44,772 nt of DNA from Deltaproteobacteria bacterium (GCA_032128375.1 JAQBGU010000132.1:1-44772); one strand, 5' to 3'; numbered from the stretch's first letter, positions 22,030 through 33,012 are shown. Notes: generated by a model from the letters alone, not told the origin. Made by a program: numbers and translations.

Positions 22030-22349
22030 CGTTTCTCCGACGCAGTTGTGGTCGGGCCCAGTTCGGGACCGATTGGGGACCTGGTTAGTTGGCTACTCTC
22101 GGGTCGTTTCGGACCTGGCAAGCAAAGGGAGCAGTTTTCGGAAGACGCGAACTCTACAGGGGATAGCGCGGCGCGGGGAGGGCTGTGCTGTCGCAGCGGC
22201 GATGAGGTTCCGATGATCACAGCGCGGCCTCTCGATTCACGCCTTTGAAGTGTGAGGGTTAGGACGCAGAGTTGCCGTGAGGCCGGGGGGCAATTAGACC
22301 CACTCGAAAATCGACTCGACCGATAGACTCTCGACGGACGACCCGACCC

Positions 22350-22733
22350 ATGACCAAGCCACCCGATTCGCTCGACCTCACGCTGAACAAACTCGGCGTT
22401 CGCGAAATACAGCGACACATCTTTTTGTGCTGCGACCAGACCAAGCCCAAGTGCTCCGGCAAGGAACAGAGCCTCGAATCGTGGGCCTTCCTCAAAAGAC
22501 GCTTGGTGGAACTCGAACTCGTTGGCAAGGCCGGCGTCTTCCGTACGAAGGCAAACTGTCTGCAGGTGTGCATGCTGGGACCCATCTCGGTCGTCTACCC
22601 CGAAGGCACGTGGTACCGCGAGTGCACGCCGGCAGTACTGGAGCGCATCATCCAAGAGCATCTGATCGGGGGGCGTCCGGTCGAAGAATTCACGATCGCG
22701 ACGCGTCCGCTCCCCACCAGTCGTCACGAGTAG
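22350..22733 (+). CDS. Thioredoxin-like (2Fe-2S) ferredoxin
   Basis: [33 protein letters not shown]. Confidence 0.9.
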   Translation: MTKPPDSLDLTLNKLGVREIQRHIFLCCDQTKPKCSGKEQSLESWAFLKRRLVELELVGKAGVFRTKANCLQVCMLGPISVVYPEGTWYRECTPAVLERIIQEHLIGGRPVEEFTIATRPLPTSRHE

Positions 22734-23086
22734 TCGCGAACTCGCCGCACCGCGGCGTATGCCGCCACGCCTTCGCCTCACCTAAGACGTGGAGGACGAC
22801 AAGTCTGACACCTCATAGACCAGCCTCGTCAGCGCGCAGTCCTCCCACGTCGAGGCGCATATCCGATTGGTTACACGTCAGTCGCCTGCGCGTGTTCACG
22901 ACAGCGCTCGACTGGAATCCAGAAACGCGTTGATCCACGCCATATCGAACCGCCTTCACACCGAACTGGCCGCCAGTTTCGCTTGGCACACGTCTTGCTC
23001 TTATGCGAACTCGACGAAAGTGCGAGGGAGTGATTCGTCGGCATCCTTCTCGGCGTGTCCGCCCCTCGAACAGGCGGGGTGAAACG

Positions 23087-23974
23087 GTGAACGCGAGATT
23101 GCGCAAGACGACGCTCCAGCATGTCGCAACGAAACCGAAGGCCCCCCGTGCGAGTCTGAAGCGATTCGCGTCGCGAAGTCTGCTCTGCGCTATCGCGACC
23201 GGGAGTTTTCAATCGGCGACTGTGCGCGCAGAACTGATGCAGATAGAAGGAACTGTTTCTTTCAACTATCTGGCGTTCGGTAGACCCCAGGTTCAAGTCA
23301 CCGCAACCGGCGTCGCCGACGTCAACAAGGGCGGCCCCGACTTCGCACTCAACACACTCGGTATCGCGGGGGGAATTTCTGGCAGTGTCGGGGTTCCGGT
23401 CACTGACCCCGAGGTCACCGGTTCGGTTGCATCCATCCGATGGGACGTGGCAGTCGGCACGGGCTCCTTGGCGCCGTTCGCTTCCCCATACCCATTGACT
23501 CGAAATGCGCTGCCCCTCCACGGCTCTGTGCGGCTGTGTCTGATTAGCGCCTCGTGCATCTCGTCAGAGTTGTTGATGCCCTTCACCCAAAGCCACGGAG
23601 CCGCCGGCATCGGTGTAGGCGGGTCTTTCGCCCCGCTGCTGGGCTCGAAGGTGGTCGCGATATCTGTCGAAGCCGCCCCTTGGACCGTGGGACCTGCCTT
23701 CATACCGGTTTCCACGATCGGCGGCAACACAATCTCGATCCCGAGTTCGGGTTACTTGCACGGGCCGTTTTCGTTTTCGGGGTCGGCCGCGCTGGCTGGT
23801 GGCTCACTCAAGCTCGTCAGCCCGGTCGTAGTCCGATCGGCCGAAGGTCTCCACCCGCTCACGAGTTTCGCGACGATCCACATCCGATTCGTACCCGAAC
23901 CCGGCGTGGGTCTGCTGCTCGTCGCCGGAGTCATCGGACTCTTGGTGCTCGGTCGCGGCCGAATCACCCCCTAA
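23087..23974 (+). CDS. PEP-CTERM-sorted exported protein of unknown function
   Basis: Gly/Ser/Thr-rich beta-type body; C-terminus FVPEPG + hydrophobic helix + GRGR. Start uncertain (ORF opens at 23003). Confidence 0.8.
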   Translation: MNARLRKTTLQHVATKPKAPRASLKRFASRSLLCAIATGSFQSATVRAELMQIEGTVSFNYLAFGRPQVQVTATGVADVNKGGPDFALNTLGIAGGISGSVGVPVTDPEVTGSVASIRWDVAVGTGSLAPFASPYPLTRNALPLHGSVRLCLISASCISSELLMPFTQSHGAAGIGVGGSFAPLLGSKVVAISVEAAPWTVGPAFIPVSTIGGNTISIPSSGYLHGPFSFSGSAALAGGSLKLVSPVVVRSAEGLHPLTSFATIHIRFVPEPGVGLLLVAGVIGLLVLGRGRITP

Positions 23975-24002
23975 CCCGGAGTCGCCGCCAGGAGCCAATA
24001 TC

Positions 24003-27000
24003 ATGTCTAACCTCTTTACCTTTTTTGCCTTCGCTCGATCTTTGTCGGAAAAATGCCTGGCGATTCTCCTCATCTACACAATGGCGACACTCGGCTGCTC
24101 CCCGTCCGGCACACTTGCCCCCACCCCGGGAGTTGCTGACTTCCAGAGCGCGGGCTTTGTTCGCGTACCGGGAGCGAGAGTCAACGCAGCGAACGGAAAC
24201 CTGCTCATCGAGCGTTCTGATATCGAGATAGACACGATACTCGGTACCCAGTCCGTCACTGCAAGCTACAATTCCGCATCCGGCGAGTGGATGTGGAACT
24301 TCCAGGCAAGCTACGATGGAACTGAATTCGTCGATCCTTCCGGCGCCGCCTACCCCGTAGGCGCGCTGACCGATGGAAGCCCCATCGCGGGCTCTACCTG
24401 GGTCAAGCGCGACAACACCACAATCGAAACGAGAGGCGGGCTCGCCTACCATTTCGATTCGGCCGGGCGCATCGATCACATCCGCTGGTCGACGCTTGCC
24501 TATCCGAGGATTCGACTCGTTCGCAGCCAGCTCTCCGGTGTCGATTTCCTCACGCTGGAACAGTGTACGCAGGCGATTGCGTGCGCGAATTTGTTCGAAG
24601 TCGAGTTGGATGGAAATGGCGCACCGGTTGTCATCGAAGACACTCGCACAGGCAGGCAGGTGAACTACGAGTACGACTCGGGACGGCTCGTACGAGTGCG
24701 CGACCCGATCGCGAGCGTCATGAGCCAGCCCGGGACGCAATACGAGTACGATCCCATCTTCCAAACGCTGGTCACAGCGATCGTCAACTCCGAGGATGAG
24801 CGCATCGAATACCAGTACCAGGCCAATCGGCGCATCCTGAACGCGATCCAGATCGGTGAGGGCAACCCGACTCATCGCTTCGAGTTCCACGCACCCAAGA
24901 GCTATACGGACCATCTCTACGCCACGATCCACACCAATCCGCTGGGTGCGAAGACGCGGTTTCTGTTCGACGGCCTCAGCCGGATGCGTTCGGTTAGCTT
25001 GGTCGCAACCGGAGAGGTTGCGACGGTCGAGTGGACCGGGTTGCGGCCCTCATCGGTGACTACGGCCATTGGTACTTCGACACACCTGACGTACGCGGAT
25101 GACAGCCTGGTGGAGCGAATGGACGCGTCTGGAAACGTCGTGATGCTCAACTATGCGAGCGGGGCCATCAATTGGCTCGCACCGCAATCAAGACCGATCG
25201 CGCGCATCGAAGACGCGCTGGGTCTCGTGGCCGACTTCAGCTACGACTCCTCGGGACGCCTGTCGGTCGTCACAAACGGCGAAGGCGACACGAGTTCGTT
25301 CACCTACCACCAGGGCTCTGCAGTCGAGACCTCAACGAACCCTTCAGGAGAAACGAGCAGCTTCCCAGTCTACGGCGAACACGGCCATTGGCGCGATCGC
25401 GATGGCCCAACTCCGGATCACCGCGCGCTCGATGCGATCGGAAACATCGAGATGGCGAGTGTCGTGCGAGAACGCGGCGGATTCTTGCTGCAAGCTCATG
25501 ACGGCAACCGGAACCTCGCGCGGCTCGACCTGGCTGCGACCGACACACTCGGGAAGGTAACCACAACCGACGCGGTCGCGATCACGCGACGCAGCGACGG
25601 GCAGATCACATATGTTGCGCGGCCCGGTGGAGCCGATCACTCCCTTGTCTACGACGCACTCGGGCGCCTGGTGGAGCGGAGCGAACGGGTCGATGGAGAA
25701 TGGCAAGCGACCACATTCGAATACAATCTCGTCGGGCAACTGATCGCGCAAACGCAACCCAACGGCATGAGACAAGAGTTCGACTACGACGGCTACGGGC
25801 GCCTCACCGCCCAGCGTGCACTGCGCGGCGCCGCACTCGAGGGCGAGGCGGTCTACAGCTACGCGGGCGGGCAACTGGTCTCGCTCTTCGACTCGCTGCG
25901 CGATGCGACCGAAACGTACAGCTTTGATTCTGCCGGCCGGCTCGCGAAGACCGTCTACGGTTTCGGGGAAACGCTGACACGTGAGTACGACGTGCGCTCA
26001 CGGTTGACTGGCGAACGCTTCGACATTCCCGGTCTCGGACTCGTCGCCGATCTCGGCTATGAGTACGATGGGGCCGATCGCCGCGTTCGAATCACAGATC
26101 GCCTCAGCCAGGAACGGCTCGTGGAGAGTACCTTCGTAGACGGTCGGATCGTCAGTACGGACACCGGAAACGGACTGGTTCGCAGTCGCGCGTTCGACGC
26201 GACCAGCGGGGCGCTCGTGGGGTTCACGACGACCGACAGCCAGGGTGCCGTAATCGAGACTACCGCGATCGAGTACAGCTCCGAGATCAATCCGCCTCGC
26301 CAACAGATTCACACCCGCACCGACACGCCACTCGCAGTGACCGAGGAGCAGTACTGGACCGGCCTCGGAGGAAGCCTGGCCAACCTCGACCAACGTGTGG
26401 GCAAACGAGTGTTCGGGTGGAACGACGGCGCGGGGGCCTCCGAGAGCTTCGGCTATGACGAAGTTGGCAACCGCGTGAGTGACCCCTCCGGAAACGCCTT
26501 CAACTACAACGCAGAACGCAACCGCCTGCTTTCCGCTGCATTGGCCGTATCGGCGCAGAGCCACACTTATACATACGACGAGGCGGGGTTCGCAACCATC
26601 CGGGATGGAACGCCGATCACGTGGACTGCCATGGGCCGGATGGCCTCCCACGGCGGCGACACCCTCGAGTGGGATATGAGGGGCCAGCTCATCGCCGTCA
26701 CAGTTCTGGGTGCCGAGCGGGTCTTCGGCTGGTTCGGTGGGCGGGTTGCCGGGGGCCCGGACACGGGCACACTCGGCGCACTCGACCTCGGTCCGGTCGC
26801 GCTTGCGCTCGGCAGCGGGGAGCGCGTGTACCGTCACCTCGACTTCCGCGGCAACGTGCGATTCGTCACGGACGATACCGGTCAAGTGGTCAACCACTAT
26901 CGATACGCGGCGTATGCGGTGGATGCAGTTTTTGGCACGGGGGACAACACCGTGACATTCACCGAACGAGCGCAATTCGGTGACCTGATGATATTGGGCT

Positions 27001-27467
27001 TTCGGATCTACGACCCGGCCGTCGGGCGTTTTCTGTCTCCGGACCCTATCTTTCAACTCGTGAATCAGTTCGCGTATACGCTCGGCAATCCGGTGGCGTA
27101 TCAAGATGCGGATGGCCTGGATTCTGCGGAGACCGCGGCAGCGGTCGGCGGCGGAGTCGTCTTCGCAGCCGGAATCGCCGCAACCATCGCCGAAGGCACA
27201 ATCGTCACCGTTGTGGGCGGCATTGGGGTCGGGATTGCGATCGGCATCGGGGGGCTGCTACTCGCGTTTGCGATCTACGTCGCGCTTGCCGAAGGCCAGA
27301 GAAACGGCGTGAGAATTGGCGGGCCCTACCGGCCCAGCGACGTCTTCGTTCCCGCGATCTCGCTTGCGTCCGGTGCGTGTGGTTTGCTGGGAATCGAGTT
27401 CGTTCCAATCTTTCTGTTACTGCTCGTTGCCAGGCAACGGCGACTTCGGGGGAGACTAAGCACATGA
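24003..27467 (+). CDS. Rhs/YD-repeat protein with lipobox-like N-terminus and hydrophobic C-terminal extension
   Basis: Many YD..GRL repeats; core end HLDFRGNVR...RIYDPAVGRFLSPDP...AYTLGNPVAYQDADG; TLGC lipobox; AGGAG RBS. Confidence 0.92.
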   Translation: MSNLFTFFAFARSLSEKCLAILLIYTMATLGCSPSGTLAPTPGVADFQSAGFVRVPGARVNAANGNLLIERSDIEIDTILGTQSVTASYNSASGEWMWNFQASYDGTEFVDPSGAAYPVGALTDGSPIAGSTWVKRDNTTIETRGGLAYHFDSAGRIDHIRWSTLAYPRIRLVRSQLSGVDFLTLEQCTQAIACANLFEVELDGNGAPVVIEDTRTGRQVNYEYDSGRLVRVRDPIASVMSQPGTQYEYDPIFQTLVTAIVNSEDERIEYQYQANRRILNAIQIGEGNPTHRFEFHAPKSYTDHLYATIHTNPLGAKTRFLFDGLSRMRSVSLVATGEVATVEWTGLRPSSVTTAIGTSTHLTYADDSLVERMDASGNVVMLNYASGAINWLAPQSRPIARIEDALGLVADFSYDSSGRLSVVTNGEGDTSSFTYHQGSAVETSTNPSGETSSFPVYGEHGHWRDRDGPTPDHRALDAIGNIEMASVVRERGGFLLQAHDGNRNLARLDLAATDTLGKVTTTDAVAITRRSDGQITYVARPGGADHSLVYDALGRLVERSERVDGEWQATTFEYNLVGQLIAQTQPNGMRQEFDYDGYGRLTAQRALRGAALEGEAVYSYAGGQLVSLFDSLRDATETYSFDSAGRLAKTVYGFGETLTREYDVRSRLTGERFDIPGLGLVADLGYEYDGADRRVRITDRLSQERLVESTFVDGRIVSTDTGNGLVRSRAFDATSGALVGFTTTDSQGAVIETTAIEYSSEINPPRQQIHTRTDTPLAVTEEQYWTGLGGSLANLDQRVGKRVFGWNDGAGASESFGYDEVGNRVSDPSGNAFNYNAERNRLLSAALAVSAQSHTYTYDEAGFATIRDGTPITWTAMGRMASHGGDTLEWDMRGQLIAVTVLGAERVFGWFGGRVAGGPDTGTLGALDLGPVALALGSGERVYRHLDFRGNVRFVTDDTGQVVNHYRYAAYAVDAVFGTGDNTVTFTERAQFGDLMILGFRIYDPAVGRFLSPDPIFQLVNQFAYTLGNPVAYQDADGLDSAETAAAVGGGVVFAAGIAATIAEGTIVTVVGGIGVGIAIGIGGLLLAFAIYVALAEGQRNGVRIGGPYRPSDVFVPAISLASGACGLLGIEFVPIFLLLLVARQRRLRGRLST

Positions 27468-27940
27468 CGAAAGACCGAAATAATCGCGAGTTCTTCATCA
27501 GCGAACGAAGGGTCAAAGCGGTTTGGTGCAGCTTATTCGTGTTCGGACTGGGAGCGCTCTTCTACGCGTGGCAGGTACCTGTCGAGTACGCGGGTCGGGG
27601 AATCGGAGCCCCATGGTGGTTGTGGGCTCTCGCAGCTGTGGCCTTCGGCTTCGTCTCGCTCCACCGAGCCTGGGTGCTGGGGCACCGCCAGCGCCCGGTA
27701 GTCCATATCGGCCGCGAGGAACTCGAGTGGGGCTCGACCTACTACATCACGAGCAAGCGGCATCGCGTCCGCTTCCGCGACCTCCGCTCGATCAGTTGGA
27801 GGAACCCGAACGTAATTCGTCTCGACACCGTGTCAGGCGGCGAGATTTCGATGCGGATCGGCGAAATCGCCAAGGCCGAGCGACCGGCAGTGTTCGACTC
27901 GATCTCCAGCAACATTGACGCTGGTGAGCCTCGAGCTTGA
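27464..27940 (+). CDS. Two-TM membrane protein, probable Rhs immunity protein
   Basis: ATGA overlap with the Rhs stop; GGAG RBS; two TM helices followed by a small soluble domain. Confidence 0.6.
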   Translation: MTKDRNNREFFISERRVKAVWCSLFVFGLGALFYAWQVPVEYAGRGIGAPWWLWALAAVAFGFVSLHRAWVLGHRQRPVVHIGREELEWGSTYYITSKRHRVRFRDLRSISWRNPNVIRLDTVSGGEISMRIGEIAKAERPAVFDSISSNIDAGEPRA

Positions 27941-27944
27941 CAGG

Positions 27945-28391
27945 CTGCCGAAGGTGTGGACCGTGTTCAGCGCAACCGCATTGCAGTGGGGATTCGAACA
28001 GCTCGCGCTGCTTTCTCCGATGATCGTAGCGACCAGCCCGACACTGGGCGGACTGGCCTTACTCGGCTCGGGGCTGTATCAGTGGACGCCCGCCAAAGAC
28101 ACGTGCTTGCGCCATTGTCGCGGCCCGGCGCAGTTCATCTCTGAGCAATGGCGGCCCGGTACTTTCGGGGCGTTTCGAATGGGTGCGATCCACGGCAGCT
28201 ACTGCGTTGGTTGCTGTTGGGTCCTGATGGGCATCTTGTTCGTCGACGGCGTGATGAACCTGCTGTGCATCGCCGGCATTGCGCTCTTTGTGCTACTAGA
28301 AAAACTCGCGCCGGGCGGACCGATCGGCGGACGTATCGCCGGTGGGGCATTGATCGCGGCGGGTGTGATCGTATTGATTCAGGGCTGCTGA
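27945..28391 (+). pseudogene. 5'-truncated DUF2182 (predicted metal-binding integral membrane protein) remnant
   Basis: LYQWTPAKDTCLRHCR, YCVGCCWVLM, GVMN and LLEKL are the C-terminal half of the family; no N-terminal half or RBS. Confidence 0.75.
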
Positions 28392-28445
28392 ACAGCACCC
28401 AACTGGCTGCCAGGGCGAATTCTTTGAATTCTTCGCCGTCGGCGT

Positions 28446-31400
28446 CTAGCGGAACGTCTCGATCGGGTCGAGCGTCAATCGCTCGCCCATGCCGCGGAAT
28501 TCCCGCTGCAAGACGGGATCGTCGAGCAACTGCGCCTTGTCGTCGACGAGTGCGCGGGCCCGATCGAACTTCGTCTGCGCTTCGCTCGTGTCCCCGCGTC
28601 GGCGCGCCAGCTCCCCACGCATCGCAAGCGCACGCCAGATGACGGGCGGATACTCGATGCGTTGGGCAACTTCGATCGCTTCACCCAGCACTACATCAGC
28701 CTCGTCGCGACGGTCGAGCTCGACGAGCGCTCGGCCCTGGAGTTCGAGTCCACGGGCTTCGATCTTCTGGGCGGCCGACCCGCGCGCTCCCTCCACTTCA
28801 CGCACCGCGATCGCCAATGCTCGTTCCGGTTCGCCGCGCGCCAGGTCGATCCGAGCCTCCGTGTGAAGCACGTGTAGTGAGTAGCGCCAACACATCCACG
28901 GGTCATCGCTCTCGCTCAAGTCCATTTGGATGGGCGCCAGCTGTCGGCAGCCGCATCGATATCGCCCAGCGCGATCAAGTTGCCAGCCAGGTTGATCGCC
29001 GCGTTCGCGTAGAGTTCTGGCGCTCCGGGGACGAGCCCCATCTCCACCATCTGCCGGGCCAGATCCGTTGCCATGTGGTTGTAGTCTGCTGCCCGGGTGT
29101 GACCACCGAATTCGGCGTGCGCCCAACCGAGCGTATTGAGCAGGCGTGCCTTGACGGCGCTGTCACCAATGCGATCACACACCTTCAGCCCGTCACCGAG
29201 CACAGCCAGACCGCGCGCGTATTCCCCCACCGAGACCAGTGAGATGCCGAGAAACCAACCTCCGAACAACGCGTCAGCCGGGGTTCGCTCGCGAGTCGAG
29301 ATTGCGACCGCCTGCTCGGTGATCGCGATCGCGCGCCGATAATCGCCTCGCCATTCCGCTCGTTGCCCCATGTGTGAGAGGCAGTAAATCAGAACCGACG
29401 TATCGCGCGAGCGTTCCGCCAGCGCCAGCAACTGCGACATGTGCTCCTCACCGATCAGTGCGCGACCCTGGACGAGTTCGCACTTGTCGGTCGCCATCAT
29501 CGCGAACGCGGTCGCAGCATCTGCGGCGTGTTCAGCCGCCAGTTCCTTGGCTTCGCGTCCTGTGCTGTCACAGCGTTCGTAGTCGTGGTTCCACAGGTGC
29601 GAGAAAGCAGCCCGCGCGAGGTACAGCGCACGCTCTGAGGGCTGGGCGGCGAGCGAGGCGGACTGCTCGAATGCTCGGGCGGAAGTTCCAAAATCGCTGA
29701 TCGACCAACTCGCGCTCGCGATTCGACACTCCAGAGCCAGTCGGCGCTCGGAGGACACATCGACGCCAATCTGATCTGCGAGCGCGATTGCCGCTCGGCA
29801 GTGTTCGATCGCTGCATGGTTCGCAAACGCGGCCTCGCACTTTTCGGACGCGAGTTCGTGATAGTGCAGCGCTCGTTTCCATTCCTGCGCTTCGTTGAAA
29901 TGATGGGCAAGCGCCTCGTAGTGCTCTGCGAGACGATCGGAATAGAGTTCTTCTATCGCGGTACCGACAACTCGATGCAGAATCCGTCGGCGCGCGACCA
30001 ATACGCTCGCATACGCAACGTCGTGGGTGAGCGCGTGTTTGAACATGAACGCGAGTTCGGGATGCGAAGATTTTTCGTAGATCAGTTCCAGCGATCTCAG
30101 TTCGCCAACAATTTCTTCGATTCCCTCCCCCGCATCGCTGATCTTTTCGAGCAGCCGCAGCGCGAACTCGCGACCGATCACCGACGCGATCTGGATCGCG
30201 CTCTTCGGGCCCTCCGCCAGCCGATCGAGGCGCGCCATCAGTACATCTTGAATGCGATCGGGAACCGTCACCGCGGACAGATCTCGGGAGAGAGTCGGCC
30301 GACCGGACTCGAACGTGATCACCCCCTCTTCGACCAGGGAGCGCAGCACTTCCTCGATGAACAGCGGGTTTCCCTCCGCTTTGCTGGAAATCATCTGCTG
30401 CAGGCCCGCGGGTAGGTGTTCGGTATCGAGTACCGAACCCAGCATCGCATTGGTCGCGCCAACGGAAAGCGCCTGTAGCGGGATGCGAACGTGGTAGCTT
30501 CGATCGCCGAACGGCTGCTGGTATCCGGGCCGGTGGGTCAAGATCAGCAGTACAGAGGCCGCCGGTATCGAATCGGCGAGAAACCCGAGAAATTCTTCGG
30601 AGGCGGTATCCACCCAGTGAAGATCTTCGATGACCAACACCAGCGGCTGTTTATCTGCGAGCCGAACAAAACGCGACAAGAGCGCACGACAGCTCTCACT
30701 GCGGCGTGTCATCGCATCCATCGAATCGACGTCCGCATCGCCCGTCGGTAGGGAAAGCAGAGCCCGCGTGTACGGCAGCGTCCACTCGATATCGCCGCCT
30801 GCCTCGGCCTCTACGCGCGCGAGTTTGGCGCTGGCGGTGGCTTCGTCGTCGCGATCGACCATGCCGATTCGCCGGCGCATTCCGTCCGCGATGGCGTGAA
30901 ACGGTGTGGTCCGCGCGTACGAAGTACATCTCCCTTCGAACCAGGTGTGCGGTATGCCGGCCAGCCGCTTGCGAAACTCGAAAAGCAGGCGTGATTTGCC
31001 GATTCCGGCGTCGCCGACCAGGAAGGCCACGCGGCCGCTCCCCTCTCGCGCCGACGTCAGCGCCGACATCAGCACATCGAGTTCGGACTCGCGACCGACG
31101 TAAGTGGTGAGTTCAGCCTCCGACAGTGACTCGATGCGACCCGTGAGGGCGCGCTCGGCCACAACCCGAAACGCGTGGATGGGGTGTGCCACACCCTTGA
31201 CTCGGGTCGGCTCGAGTGGACTGAGATCGAAATAGCCCGCCACGATCCGCCGGGTCGATTCCGAAATCACCACCTCACCTGGGCCGGCGAGCCCCTCGAG
31301 CCGAGCAGCGAGGTTGGTCGTATCACCCACCGCGGTGTAGTCCATTCGCAGGTCGTCACCAATCCGACCGACGACCACCGGGCCGGTGTGGATCCCGATC

Positions 31401-31978
31401 CGCATGCGAAACCCACGACCATGCAGCTCTTGAACTTCGCGATCCAGCGAGACCAGTTCGCGCTGGATGCCCAACGCAGACACGATCGCCCGGCGCGGCG
31501 CATCTTCGATAGCGATCGGCGCGCCGAACAACGCCATCACCCCATCGCCGGTGAATTGGTTGACGGTCCCCTCATAGCGGTGAACCTGTTCGAGGATTTT
31601 CGCAAAGGCGCGGTCCATCAACGCGTGCATCAGCTCGGGATCGATCGCGACCGCCAGTTCGGTCGAATCGACCAGGTCCGCGAACAGCACCGTGACGTGC
31701 TTTCGCTCTCCTTCCAATGCCGCCTTCTGACGCAGGATCTTGTCCGCGAGGTGGCGTGGGGTATAGCTGCGTGGGTCGCGCGCATCCGTGCGGCCGGGTC
31801 GCGGTAGCTCGGAAGCAGAGTCAGCCGAACCGAGCGCGGCCCCGCAGCCATTGCAAAACCGGGACTCAGTGGGGTTCGTGCGGTCGCAGCTCCCGCAACG
31901 GTATTCGAGTTCGCTACCGCACCGGTTGCAGAACCGGGCGTCGCCGGGATTGGTGTGCTCACAGGCCGTACAGCGCAT
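28446..31978 (-). CDS. Double zinc ribbon + class III nucleotidyl cyclase + AAA/STAND ATPase + TPR protein, with a one-base frameshift near 28944
   Basis: CxxC x4; VLFADLVDST, FTGDG, RIGIHTG, VGDTTNLAARL; GDAGIGKS Walker A; IEDLHW; FKHALT. TPR tail continues in another frame (QLAPIQMD...DPWMCWRY) to the stop at 28446. Confidence 0.85.
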
Positions 31979-32065
31979 GTCCCTACCGAACGAGCAGGTC
32001 GTCTGTGTTCTGCTGGCCGTAGCACCGGCTGAGCCGATCGGTTGTATTACCCCGCCCCATATTCA

Positions 32066-32096
32066 CCTCGAACCTCGCCTCGAACCCGCCTCGAAC
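32066..32096. repeat. Three CCTCGAAC direct repeats in the divergent cyclase/LolA-like intergenic region
   Basis: Copies start at 32066, 32078 and 32089. Confidence 0.6.
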
Positions 32097-32143
32097 ACCT
32101 AAAACTCTATCATTCACAATCTGGATCCATGTACGATCTGTCG

Positions 32144-32938
32144 ATGGCTCATTCTATCTCCATCTTGCAACCGTCCCTGATTTTTTTGCTCGTGTTTGCG
32201 CCTTTGGCGACAGTTTCCGCCGACGTCGACTCACTGATCGATTGTGCGAAGAACAACGCGCCCTCCAAGAGCAGCCGACAGAAGGTCGAGTTCCATTCGC
32301 TCGACCGGATGGGAAAAGGGCGCACGATCACCGCCACCGTTTCATGGGAGCGCGAAGACGAACGCTCCAGAGTGCTGCTGCGCGTCCATGAACCCTCCGA
32401 CCTGGAGGGAGCCGGATTGCTGATGCTCGAGAAGCCCGACCAAACGGATATGTTCATCTACCTGCCCGACCTCAAGAAGGTGAAGCGAGTGACCTCACAC
32501 ATGCTGTCGGGCTCGCTGTTCGGCAGCGACTTTACCTACGAAGACTTCATGCAGTTCCAGGGGATCAGCGTGGAGGGCCGACGCGAAGAGTTGGAAGGGT
32601 CGACGCTCGACGGCGTCGACGTTCGCGTGCTCGCCCAGTATCCGTCCGAAGCGGCCGACTCTGCGTATGAGCGAATCGTGTCGTACTGGGATCGCGAAAC
32701 CTGCGTCCCACTGAAGACCGAGATGTTCGAAACGGGTGCAAAGCTCCGAAAGGTGCTCACGGTCGACCGAGAATCGTTGTTCCGGTCCGAGGGCGCGGTG
32801 ATTCCACAGGAAGTGAAGATGAATGACCTGCGGGACGAGACCTCTACGCGGCTTACGATCAAAGACATCGAAATCGACATCAAGATCCCGCGAAAAATCT
32901 TCAGCAAGAGCGGTCTAGAGCAACCCCGTGTCTTCTGA
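32144..32938 (+). CDS. Outer membrane lipoprotein-sorting (LolA-like) protein
   Basis: Signal peptide; P.DLEGAGLL, MFIYLPDLKKVKRV and SLFGSDFTYED signature. Start may be 32129. Confidence 0.88.
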   Translation: MAHSISILQPSLIFLLVFAPLATVSADVDSLIDCAKNNAPSKSSRQKVEFHSLDRMGKGRTITATVSWEREDERSRVLLRVHEPSDLEGAGLLMLEKPDQTDMFIYLPDLKKVKRVTSHMLSGSLFGSDFTYEDFMQFQGISVEGRREELEGSTLDGVDVRVLAQYPSEAADSAYERIVSYWDRETCVPLKTEMFETGAKLRKVLTVDRESLFRSEGAVIPQEVKMNDLRDETSTRLTIKDIEIDIKIPRKIFSKSGLEQPRVF

Positions 32939-33012
32939 GCGAGTGTATTCAAAGCGAGTGTATTCAAAGCGAGAGTCTTCTAGACGGGGGTCTCTTGGGC
33001 GCGTGTGTTCTA
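32923..33012. repeat. 15-bp degenerate tandem repeat beginning in the last codons of the LolA-like gene
   Basis: accccgtgtcttctg / agcgagtgtattcaa x2 / agcgagagtcttcta / gacgggggtctcttg / ggcgcgtgtgttcta. Confidence 0.7.

Noticed and set aside
20473..22248. 591-aa plus-strand ORF
   Set aside because: Antisense to transketolase, with no recognisable motifs
22030..22349. Possible riboswitch or ncRNA in the tkt-ferredoxin gap (also 22740-23000)
   Set aside because: No recognisable conserved RNA motif by eye; an Rfam/Infernal scan would be needed
28930..28960. Programmed ribosomal frameshift in the cyclase gene
   Set aside because: No slippery sequence or obvious stimulatory structure; a simple indel is more parsimonious
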